Part shown: in pieces, positions 26,131 through 33,544 of the stretch
Position numbering within the stretch: the first letter of the stretch is position 1
How the letters are laid out: every line of letters begins with the position of its first letter
Source of the DNA: a virus
Lineage: Duplodnaviria; Caudoviricetes
Virus record (IMG/VR): IMGVR_UViG_3300044878_000142
Coordinates: 1 to 33,544 of that record
Length of the DNA: 33,544 bases
Reading direction: 5' to 3' (one strand)
The notes under the pieces: generated by a model
What the model was told of the DNA's origin: nothing
Database searches by the model: none
Seen by the model: only the letters and a program-made list of their open reading frames with translations
Made by a program: the position numbers and the translations under genes

Positions 26131-26375
26131 TTGTTTTGTCCCTGTGCTGGTTCGGCTTCGCCGATCGGCTTATTTATCCACAGGCTGCGAATGCGCCATT
26201 GGTTGCGCATTTCTTCGATCAGCAGCTCGATTGCGTTGGTGCCGCGCTTTTTGTGCAAGAACTCGCGCAGTTCATCGACCTTCTCTTGATTCGTGTAGCC
26301 CTTGCGGAGCCAGTAGCGCGCCTCGCAGGCGCGCAGTTGGAGTGGTACAGGTTTCCCTGCCAGCGTGTCGTTCAT
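26127..26375 (-). CDS. Conserved-type small phage protein (82 aa)
   Basis: ATGA coupling on both sides; CEARYWLRKG...KKRG...L.EEMRNQW pattern. Confidence 0.75.
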   Translation of the reverse strand: MNDTLAGKPVPLQLRACEARYWLRKGYTNQEKVDELREFLHKKRGTNAIELLIEEMRNQWRIRSLWINKPIGEAEPAQGQNK

Positions 26376-26953
26376 GGCACAACCTGCTTGAACTCGACGA
26401 CCCAGACCCAGGGGTTGGCGTGATAGTCGCCGCCGGTGCTTTCCCAGATATGCCGGAAGTGTTCCTGAACTGTGGCGTTGCCGATGTAGCGGGGAATTGA
26501 TCCGTGCCCACCGGAACAGCCCTCGGCTATGCACTGTTGATTGGTGATTGCGTGCAACCGCTCGACCCGGACGTCAGTCACTTCCAGCAGGATGCGGCTG
26601 GCGCGGCGGGGCATGAAGATGCTTGGCTTCCACGGGCCGCCGAAGTCGGTTCGATTGTCGCACTCGCGGTAAACGATCCACTTTTGATCTGGTGCCTGGG
26701 TCACGCTGACTTCTGCCCAAGTCTCTCGCACCCACAGGCGGTCGCCGGGCTTGCCGTAGGGGCAGGACTTCCACCAACGGGTGCCGAGCCGGGTGCTGCC
26801 AAGCTCGACCATGGCCTCTTCCTTGGAAAAGTCGCAGGGGAAGATTTCCTCGGGGTGGCGGGATTTGGTGAGCGCCCGCCGCGTGACTGTTTTTTGGCCG
26901 GATAGAATGGCGCGGATCATCGAACCATTGAAAAGTACTGGACGCTCTTTCAT
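26372..26953 (-). CDS. ASCH/PUA-like domain phage protein
   Basis: [56 protein letters not shown] and NPWVWVVEF motifs. Confidence 0.82.
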   Translation of the reverse strand: MKERPVLFNGSMIRAILSGQKTVTRRALTKSRHPEEIFPCDFSKEEAMVELGSTRLGTRWWKSCPYGKPGDRLWVRETWAEVSVTQAPDQKWIVYRECDNRTDFGGPWKPSIFMPRRASRILLEVTDVRVERLHAITNQQCIAEGCSGGHGSIPRYIGNATVQEHFRHIWESTGGDYHANPWVWVVEFKQVVP

Positions 26954-27285
26954 ACGCGGACCTCCGAGCCAAGCCACTTTGGCGCTGGCTCTGTCATGAA
27001 GTCGATGAACTCCTGTTTCTTCTCCAGTTCCGCGATTCTCAAGAGCAGGATCTGATTGAGTTTTTCCTGTTTTGAGACGAGGTCATCGGTCAGGAAAGAG
27101 CGTTCGAGGCGGATGATGATTTCCGAGTTCATGCTGCGATGCTCAGTGCGGGCGGCCTCTGCGATTTGGTCCCGCATGCCGTCCTCCAGGCGCACAACAA
27201 ATTTATCCTTCATGCGGGAATCCCCGGCTTTGTAGTTGTTCGTGGTAGCGTTCGTTGCGCTGCTGCTCTGGTGTTGTGCTTGCAT
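26950..27285 (-). CDS. Arc-family ribbon-helix-helix DNA-binding protein
   Basis: [35 protein letters not shown] plus a coiled-coil tail; AGGAG RBS. Confidence 0.9.
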   Translation of the reverse strand: MQAQHQSSSATNATTNNYKAGDSRMKDKFVVRLEDGMRDQIAEAARTEHRSMNSEIIIRLERSFLTDDLVSKQEKLNQILLLRIAELEKKQEFIDFMTEPAPKWLGSEVRV

Positions 27286-27347
27286 GGTGCTTCTCCTGTG
27301 TGGTGGCAGGTGTCGGGGAGTTGGCGCTCCTCGACACCGCTTTCGTC

Positions 27348-27647
27348 TTATTCGGTTTCCGATTTCGGTCTAGTGACCAGCACTTTCAGGCTCTCGTAGA
27401 GGTCTGGCAGCTCCTCTCTCAAGTGCGCGGCGATCAGCAGGTCAACGCGGTTTATGCTCGCCAGTTCGATGTGTTCGATATGCACCAACCGGAACAGCTC
27501 GGCGGTCGGGGCAGGCATCGGGCGCCCGCTTTCGTAGCGGCTGGCTGCCGTCTGGTTCACGAAGATTTGCCGCCAGAATTCGGACTGATTGAGGCCGGTT
27601 GCTGCGCGGATCTCGCGCGGGTTCGGGTGCGATGTGGGCCGAGACAT
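27348..27647 (-). CDS. XRE-type HTH regulator, RsaL-like
   Basis: [35 protein letters not shown]. Confidence 0.8.
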   Translation of the reverse strand: MSRPTSHPNPREIRAATGLNQSEFWRQIFVNQTAASRYESGRPMPAPTAELFRLVHIEHIELASINRVDLLIAAHLREELPDLYESLKVLVTRPKSETE

Positions 27648-27649
27648 GG

Positions 27650-28006
27650 TCAAAAGCCCTCGAACTTGAGGCGGATGGTTCGGGTGTTTTCTTCTTCAGT
27701 CGGCGGGAGGATCCGGCAACCGTCGCGGGTGACCTGAACCTTTCGCCCGAGCTTGGCGCTTTCGTCGATGACGACATCCTGAGCGACGTTGATGTGGTCG
27801 GCCTGGACGCGGGCCACCAGCATCAAACCGTGGCGTTCGGTGTAGTGAGCGACGGTCGGGACGCCTTGCTTGCTGAATTGCTCGGCAAGGTGTTCGGCTT
27901 GCTCCAGCGTTGGCAGCGCCTTTTCCAAAGCGCGTAGGACGAAGCGGAAGCGCTTGCTGTATCGCACCACCGTGCGGGTATAGAGGTTCGTCATGGTCAG
28001 TTCCAT
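27650..28006 (-). CDS. Hypothetical protein
   Basis: Co-oriented ORF filling the gap in the early operon; start at 28006 or 27994. Confidence 0.7.
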   Translation of the reverse strand: MELTMTNLYTRTVVRYSKRFRFVLRALEKALPTLEQAEHLAEQFSKQGVPTVAHYTERHGLMLVARVQADHINVAQDVVIDESAKLGRKVQVTRDGCRILPPTEEENTRTIRLKFEGF

Positions 28007-28023
28007 TTGAGGGTTGGGGTGGC

Positions 28024-30714
28024 TCACGCTTTGAAGACCCAGCACTTCACAGTGGACGGAAGCGTTTGGTGGAACGCGTCCCTCGCGCTGTTGCGCCGGG
28101 CGTTGATCGCGCTGTTTACGGCGCGAATTTCTATGAACTGGCGGTTGCGGCTGGATTTCAGAACGCGCTTGAGGTCGGTCAGCGGCGGGATGCGCTGCTT
28201 TTTTTCTGCCGCCAGTTGCTCGAAGTGGTTGAGGTTGATGGCGATCAGACCTGCATCGCGGCTGTGATTGAGCTTTGGCTGGCCATCAGCGTCATCACCG
28301 GCGCCGTCGAGGTACTCGAACGCCTCCCAGAAGGACTCGACCATTGGGTTCTCGCGGGAAAGGGCTTGCTCACGCTCAAGGGCCAGCTCGGTGATAACCG
28401 CTTTGGCTTCCTTCATTTGTGCGTCACTGATCGGGCAGACCAACTTCAGGGCGTCCAGAAGCACCATCAGCTGTGCGTGGTTTTTCTGGATACGCAGGTT
28501 CTTCGCCCCGGCTGCTTGAATTTCCTTTTCGTATGGGCGCTGACGTTCATCCATCAGCTTCAAGACTTCGGCTTCTTTGGTGACGGCCTTGACCAGAAAA
28601 CCGCTGACTTCGCTGGCCGTCATGCGACCGAGTGCGAGACCACCTTCGCGGCCTTCGTCGGACTGGCGGCTTTTGTCGAACCAGACGTGGATGATCCGTT
28701 CCATGATGGCCGGTGACGCTTGTACCGGAGCGTTCTGGCTGATCACCAGCGCCGCGCGAAACTGAGGCTCGTAGGTATCGTTACCGGAGTTTTTGACGCC
28801 CGTGGTACGCAGTGCACCGCCGTTGTAGAGGGACTTGAAGCTGTCCCAGTTGAACGCCTGTTTTGGTCGGCCTTTGCCTTCGTCGTCGTCGCTCCGATCG
28901 GACTCAAGCATTACAACCGGCATGTTCGAGACCTGGGCCATTGTGCGCAGATAGCCAACCATGGAGCCTTTCAGCGGATCAGAACCTTCATAGCCGTTGC
29001 GGCCCAGCAGTTTCCACAGGGTTTCAAGCAGGGTGGACTTACCGGCGCCGGGTTCACCCACAACTTCCATGAAGGGAAACGACTCGAAGCGTTCGCGGAT
29101 TTGCTCGGCAAACAAAGTGCCCATCCAGTAGGCCAGCACAATCAAGCCGCGCGGGCCGTAGCAGAGGTAAATCAGGTCAAACCACGACTCGCTGTAGGCT
29201 TTCAGGTCCGGGTTGATGTCGAGCTTCACCGACTTCGACAGGCTCTTGATTGCCAGTTTTCCGATGTCGAAATAGTCCTCGTCGTTGATCTCTACCAGCT
29301 TGTCAGCAGCGATCGCGACGTCGTTGTAGACATAGCAGCCATGGTCGGCGCTGTACCCGATGTAGTCGATCGTCTGGACTTTCTTAATGTTGAATGTCCA
29401 TCGCGACAGCAGGCGGTCGAGTTGGCTGGCACTGCCCGTCCAGATCGCACCTGCACCCATGTGCAGCAGGCGCTTTTTGAACTCGGATGGCGCCGAGAGC
29501 TGGCTCGCCGTGAAAGTGCCTTTCTCCGGTTTTCCGCTGTGCGGGAAGTTGACGCGGAAGTAGTACCAAGACTCGTCAGTAATTTCGTTCTTCATGTAGT
29601 AGAGCGGGGTCGGCTTGCAGTTGCAGATCTCAACCACGCAATTGCTCTCGGCCAGGGCTTCGAGCCGCTGCTCTTCGCGGGTCATGTCCGGGTGGTCGTC
29701 TTGAACCTTCTCCAGCACCTTGCCGAACGCATCGAGATCGAGCTTGAACCAATACAAGCGCTGCTCGAAGTCGAGCGGAAATTGGGTGGTGCCGAACCGG
29801 GAATAGATCAGGTTCGCTTTCGCCTGAGCGCTCTCGGCAATCAACAGCGCGCCGTGGTAGCGGTAATCGTCAATGTCCTTCGGCGTTAGCCTGCTGAGCC
29901 GGTGCAGATCATCCCAGTCACGTTTGGCCGTACCGCGAGACGGAGACATGGCGGCAGCAACCTCCCAGCCTTCTTCCTTCGCGCGGCGGCAGAACTTGCG
30001 GGTAGCTGAGTGCCCGGCAGGGTCATCGTCGTACGCAAACACCAAACGCGGGCGCTCTTTGCCATTGGCCTCGCATTGAGCCGCCAGTCCAGCCAACGCC
30101 TCGCTCGGATAATTGCTGGTCGAAAGGGCAGAAGTGGCGGTGATGCCGTTTTGCAGCAGGCCGATCGCCTTGAAGATTCCTTCAACGATCCAGATCTCGC
30201 CGACGTCGGAAAACGACTGGCCGGGTGCCTGCCACCATGTGCCGCCGTAGTTGCCTCGGAATGTCGCCTTGCGCTTACCGAAGCGTTGCGGCCTATCGAT
30301 GATCCGCTCCCAGTAGCCAATACCGGGCAGGGCAAAACGCACCGTGGCGCTGCCGATACCTTTATCAGCGTCCCAGTAGCTGTCTTGGGTATACCAGCCT
30401 TTGATCGTGCTGAGGTCGAAGCCTCGGCCTTCTTTCATGTACGCGTCAGCGGTCGCGTTGGGGTTTTCGGGGGACTTTGGTGCGCGATCTGACCAGCTTT
30501 CGAACAGATCGCTATAACGATCTTTGATGTGTTCTTCGAACTGGCACTTGATGGAGCGATTGCAGCGCAACACCCACGGATGTTCCGCGCTGGTGTAAAG
30601 CTCCTTCTGGTGGCAGTTAGGGCATTCCCCTTGCTGCAGCCAATCGCCGACACGCTTGAATGCGAAGTCGCGATCAAGCTTTTCGGTTACGGCTTTGTAA
30701 AGGCGCTGTTCCAT
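28024..30714 (-). CDS. Zn-finger/Toprim primase-helicase replication protein (phiCTX-type; P4 alpha-like architecture)
   Basis: N-terminal CPNC...C...C; Toprim IWIVEG and FAYDDD; Walker A GEPGAGKST; SQN sensor-like motif. Confidence 0.88.
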   Translation of the reverse strand: MEQRLYKAVTEKLDRDFAFKRVGDWLQQGECPNCHQKELYTSAEHPWVLRCNRSIKCQFEEHIKDRYSDLFESWSDRAPKSPENPNATADAYMKEGRGFDLSTIKGWYTQDSYWDADKGIGSATVRFALPGIGYWERIIDRPQRFGKRKATFRGNYGGTWWQAPGQSFSDVGEIWIVEGIFKAIGLLQNGITATSALSTSNYPSEALAGLAAQCEANGKERPRLVFAYDDDPAGHSATRKFCRRAKEEGWEVAAAMSPSRGTAKRDWDDLHRLSRLTPKDIDDYRYHGALLIAESAQAKANLIYSRFGTTQFPLDFEQRLYWFKLDLDAFGKVLEKVQDDHPDMTREEQRLEALAESNCVVEICNCKPTPLYYMKNEITDESWYYFRVNFPHSGKPEKGTFTASQLSAPSEFKKRLLHMGAGAIWTGSASQLDRLLSRWTFNIKKVQTIDYIGYSADHGCYVYNDVAIAADKLVEINDEDYFDIGKLAIKSLSKSVKLDINPDLKAYSESWFDLIYLCYGPRGLIVLAYWMGTLFAEQIRERFESFPFMEVVGEPGAGKSTLLETLWKLLGRNGYEGSDPLKGSMVGYLRTMAQVSNMPVVMLESDRSDDDEGKGRPKQAFNWDSFKSLYNGGALRTTGVKNSGNDTYEPQFRAALVISQNAPVQASPAIMERIIHVWFDKSRQSDEGREGGLALGRMTASEVSGFLVKAVTKEAEVLKLMDERQRPYEKEIQAAGAKNLRIQKNHAQLMVLLDALKLVCPISDAQMKEAKAVITELALEREQALSRENPMVESFWEAFEYLDGAGDDADGQPKLNHSRDAGLIAINLNHFEQLAAEKKQRIPPLTDLKRVLKSSRNRQFIEIRAVNSAINARRNSARDAFHQTLPSTVKCWVFKA

Positions 30715-30799
30715 TTTGGTTTCCGTCAGGCAAAAAGATCCCGTCACACCGGAAATGCCGGTATGAGGTGGTGTTCTGGTTCAGGTCAGGTAGTGCGGG

Positions 30800-31048
30800 T
30801 CAGCTCACCGCAAGCTCTAGCTGTTGCTCATCCGGTGGCGCCTGTTTTCTCTGGCTGGTCGGTATGAACACGCGAGGGTTCGGGTTTGCGCTTGGCGACA
30901 AGGTGCGGGCCACTTCGGTGATGCTCACGAAGGTGTAACCGCATTTCAGGTTTGAACACTGCATGTAGCTCTCCTTGCAGGTCGGCGACATATACCGGCT
31001 GGTGCGTGTATGAGCTGTGCTTGTGCAGTGGGGGCATTGCATCGCCAT
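30800..31048 (-). CDS. ogr: Ogr/Delta-family late gene activator
   Basis: CPHC...RTSRYMS...ESYMQCSNLKCGYTF...SPSANPNP; GAGG RBS before ATG 31048. Confidence 0.92.
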   Translation of the reverse strand: MAMQCPHCTSTAHTRTSRYMSPTCKESYMQCSNLKCGYTFVSITEVARTLSPSANPNPRVFIPTSQRKQAPPDEQQLELAVS

Positions 31049-31064
31049 GGGCAAACCTCGCGCG

Positions 31065-31559
31065 TTAACGGCAGAAGACGACGTAAGTGAGTTCGTTCAT
31101 TTGCGTGACCTTCTGGCAGATCGCTAAGCGGATCTCCTCCAGGCGCTCGCGTTCCTTTGCGTCCACCTCGCCATCGCGGGTGGCCTCGCGCCATTCACGA
31201 GCCAGTCGACCAACTTCATCGACCAGTGCCATGTAAACGGTTTGGATTTCTTCGTGGTCGACGGTGGTGGGGCAAGGCAGAGTGATAAACACGCCGCCAG
31301 ACTCTGCCGCGACCGCTTCAGCGAACAGCGTGCTGTTGCTGTTGGCCTGCATTTGCATGGCGAGATGCACATCTACGGACTGCCCTTTGCGCTCATAGAT
31401 GCGGTTCTCCAAGCCATCTTTGGAGAGGCTCACGGATGCTGCCATCGCTGACCAACCGCCATTGACCGAGCGGCACATCGACTGATAGCTCGCACGGATC
31501 CTGTCCACAGGATTCTCTGTGGTTCGGTGGTGTGCGGTTTGCGGTTTGGTGTCTACCAT
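31065..31559 (-). CDS. CII-like (YmfL-type) phage regulatory protein
   Basis: GGWSAMAA...LENRIYERKGQ...FAEAVAAESGGVFITLP...DGEVDAKERERL; second gene of the early operon. Confidence 0.75.
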   Translation of the reverse strand: MVDTKPQTAHHRTTENPVDRIRASYQSMCRSVNGGWSAMAASVSLSKDGLENRIYERKGQSVDVHLAMQMQANSNSTLFAEAVAAESGGVFITLPCPTTVDHEEIQTVYMALVDEVGRLAREWREATRDGEVDAKERERLEEIRLAICQKVTQMNELTYVVFCR

Positions 31560-31563
31560 TGGA

Positions 31564-31752
31564 TTAGGCCTCGCCCGCTGCTTTCATTGCCTGAAGGCCT
31601 CTGAGATAGATCAAGCGAGCGAGGCTGCTTTCAGATCGGTTCTGCTGCTGTGCCATGTCGCCAAGACCAGCCTTTTCGTCGGCTGTCAGCCTCATCGCAA
31701 CGGGCTTATCGGACATCACCCCATTGGGGGCTCGGCTTCGTGGTGTGGTCAT
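31564..31752 (-). CDS. Small Cro/Cox-position regulator, ribbon-helix-helix-like (62 aa)
   Basis: First early gene, divergent from the repressor; KPVAMRLTADEK...AQQQNRSESSLARLIY. Confidence 0.72.
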   Translation of the reverse strand: MTTPRSRAPNGVMSDKPVAMRLTADEKAGLGDMAQQQNRSESSLARLIYLRGLQAMKAAGEA

Positions 31753-31776
31753 TTCCGGTCTCGGTTGGTGGTAGGA

Positions 31777-31855
31777 TTGTGTAAATCTGCAATACACAAC
31801 TGAATTATTCGCAGGAATCTGCAATATGTCAAACGATGTTTGCGAAAAACTGCAA
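31777..31855. promoter_or_regulatory. Three operator-like repeats of the lysis-lysogeny switch
   Basis: TTGTGTAAATCTGCAATA (31777), TCGCAGGAATCTGCAATA (31809) and TTGCGAAAAACTGCAATA (31840). Confidence 0.72.
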
Positions 31856-32269
31856 TACAACGATCGGTTGTCGCAGGAACGCGTTCGTCTTGGCCTCACT
31901 CAAACGGAGATGGCCAAGCGCGGTGGCGTTGCTTTTCGTACTTACTGTGATTACGAGGCGGGCAAGACTGAGCCGAAGCTCGGTTTCCTTGAGGCGGTAG
32001 GGCGCCAGGGTGCCGATGTGCTGTATATCGTCACCGGCGAGCTGTCCGGTGGGCACTTGGCCCCGGACGAGATGCTTGTTCTTGGTGGATACCGAGAACT
32101 CGACTCGAAAGGCCGCTCGGGCGTTCTTGGGATGATCGCCGGATACAACGCTCCAGAAGCACAACCCACGCAGAAGTTCAGCATGGGCGACGTAGCGCAG
32201 ATCATCAGCGGCGGGGCCGTGAATCAGACCGGTGCACGTATCAGCACTGGCAAGAGGACGAAAGGCTAG
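31826..32269 (+). CDS. Immunity repressor, XRE-family HTH with C-terminal beta-type motif
   Basis: RLSQERVRLGLTQTEMAKRGGVAFRTYCDYEAGKTEP...GADVLYIVTG; divergent from the early operon; no S24 peptidase domain. Confidence 0.88.
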   Translation: MSNDVCEKLQYNDRLSQERVRLGLTQTEMAKRGGVAFRTYCDYEAGKTEPKLGFLEAVGRQGADVLYIVTGELSGGHLAPDEMLVLGGYRELDSKGRSGVLGMIAGYNAPEAQPTQKFSMGDVAQIISGGAVNQTGARISTGKRTKG

Positions 32270-32333
32270 GAATGTTTAGCCAGCCGCCACGTATAATGGC
32301 GGAAAGCCATTATGGATGTGGGTGCAGTAGATC

Positions 32334-32975
32334 ATGGGGGAGAGTTACAAAGTTGGGGATGTTGCCCAGCTCATTACCGGCGGTACGGTCAATGAGGGCA
32401 GCAACCCGCAGTTGAGCAATGTTTTCAATCTGTCATTCGGTGCAAATGCAGATCGAGCGATCACTGATCTGCAACGAAAGGCGATCGCCTATCGAGTGGG
32501 AGAGGTGTTGAGCGTTACCGGGCTCGAACGAATGGACGTTTACAAAGTGATTCTTACAGACTTTGGCGTCGACAAACTCGGCGAATTGCCGCGCGACAGT
32601 TTCCACGAGGTAATGGCGTTGCTGGATCGCTGGGTCAAGGATCCGCTCAACGTGCCTCTGTCTTCATCCCTTTCGCATCCATACGCGCTCATCGGCGATC
32701 CAGGCTCAACACGTGAGCCATCGCCGCCATCTGACGGCGCTATGAGTCGCAACACCACCATCGTTATCTCGAACCGTCATCTTTTCAGCTCGATCGGCGT
32801 TGCTGGTGCGTTGTTCTGCGGTGTATGGCTGGCCTTTGGCGGGCCTCAAGGCCCATCGGTGTGTCAGTTTGATGGCCGGGCGTTTTCCATAGGGAGCGTA
32901 TTGAAGATGGAAGGGATCAAACGCGAGTGTCAGCGCACAACAGACGACGGCCCCGAGTGGGCCGACCCCACATAA
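32334..32975 (+). CDS. Single-pass membrane protein: repressor-matching N-terminal motif, ORF6C-like domain, TM helix, small Cys-paired exported domain
   Basis: GDVAQLITGGTVN; ITDLQRKAI...VYKVILTDFGVDKLGELPRDSFHEVMALLDRW; Ser/Pro linker; TM LFSSIGVAGALFCGVWLAF; CQFDGRAFSIGSVLKMEGIKRECQ. Confidence 0.75.
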   Translation: MGESYKVGDVAQLITGGTVNEGSNPQLSNVFNLSFGANADRAITDLQRKAIAYRVGEVLSVTGLERMDVYKVILTDFGVDKLGELPRDSFHEVMALLDRWVKDPLNVPLSSSLSHPYALIGDPGSTREPSPPSDGAMSRNTTIVISNRHLFSSIGVAGALFCGVWLAFGGPQGPSVCQFDGRAFSIGSVLKMEGIKRECQRTTDDGPEWADPT

Positions 32976-33010
32976 GAGAGCGCCTGAGCCTCTTGCTATA
33001 GGAAACCACC

Positions 33011-33412
33011 GTGAAAAAAATCGGCCTCACCCTGCTGCTGCTCGCGTCGATCCAGACGGCGCATGCAGAACCTGTCCCGGCGAGCATCACCAAACAACTC
33101 AAGCCGCTTGATATCAAAAGTGTCGAGTTAAACAGCAACGTGTTGCGCGTTGACATGGACCGCCCGCGCGTTACCGAGGACATCTATGCCACGGTGATCA
33201 ACAACGTGTGCACGAGTCTGATCCTTGAGCCTGGGTCGTGGGGCAAGACTGATTTCCAGCGGATCGAAGTCGTGAACTCATTCGGCGCGCAAGGCCGTGT
33301 GTTCAGTGGCGGCGCGGCAGAGTGCAAGGCGATCGGCAAGCTGACCATGGATCAGGTCAATCAAGAGTTCTTGCCGGAACACACCAGTCTCTGGAGCGCG
33401 CCTGGCAATTAA
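33011..33412 (+). CDS. Secreted/periplasmic protein of unknown function
   Basis: Sec signal peptide MKKIGLTLLLLASIQTAHA|EP; two cysteines; AGGA RBS; stop is 2 nt from the convergent gene D stop. Confidence 0.8.
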   Translation: MKKIGLTLLLLASIQTAHAEPVPASITKQLKPLDIKSVELNSNVLRVDMDRPRVTEDIYATVINNVCTSLILEPGSWGKTDFQRIEVVNSFGAQGRVFSGGAAECKAIGKLTMDQVNQEFLPEHTSLWSAPGN

Positions 33413-33417
33413 GCTCA

Positions 33418-33544
33418 ATCGATCTTCATTTCCAGATCGAGCTGAGTGGTAAAGCCGCTATCCGAAAGCGAGTGAGATACCTGACTGATAATCCAGTCGG
33501 TGCTGTCGATGATCGGCTTAAACCCGATGACTGCCGCAGGCAGC
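33418..33544. repeat. 127-nt terminal duplication (copy 2)
   Basis: Identical to 1-127. Confidence 0.97.

Noticed and set aside
28720-29889. 389-aa plus-strand ORF
   Set aside because: Antisense shadow of the primase-helicase gene, typical of GC-rich DNA, with no motifs.
33418-33544. 127-nt direct terminal repeat as a biological DTR or att repeat
   Set aside because: It falls inside gene D and its length equals a common assembler k-mer. The phage has its own cos and attP elsewhere, so this is a circularisation overlap.

Overview
The window is a complete circular genome (about 33,417 bp; the first 127 nt are repeated at the end) of a P2-like, phiCTX-type temperate myovirus, most likely from a Pseudomonas host (attP carries the 3' half of a tRNA-Thr(UGU)). 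It has the full P2 virion set (Q,P / O,N,M,L,X, lysis genes, R,S / V,W,J,I,H / FI,FII,E,E',T,U,D), an intact cos site and an intact attP. The early operon encodes a Toprim primase-helicase rather than P2 gpA, plus ogr, a CII-like gene, an excisionase and an integrase. Three accessory modules stand out. (1) The XRE repressor's C-terminal tail (GDVAQIISGGAVN) is nearly identical to the N-terminus of the next gene (GDVAQLITGGTVN). That next gene looks like an ORF6C-like, single-pass membrane protein with a small Cys-paired exported domain, and a secreted protein follows it. This is a candidate transmembrane signalling or homotypic-motif switch for lysis-lysogeny. (2) A type Ib ParA partition cassette with GATATC repeat arrays sits beside an iteron/IHF-rich putative origin, suggesting a dual integrative and plasmid lifestyle. 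(3) A Mu Com-like zinc finger is coupled to an adenine methyltransferase, with Com-type RNA sites and a putative antisense RNA. All family assignments come from reading motifs and gene order, not from database searches.
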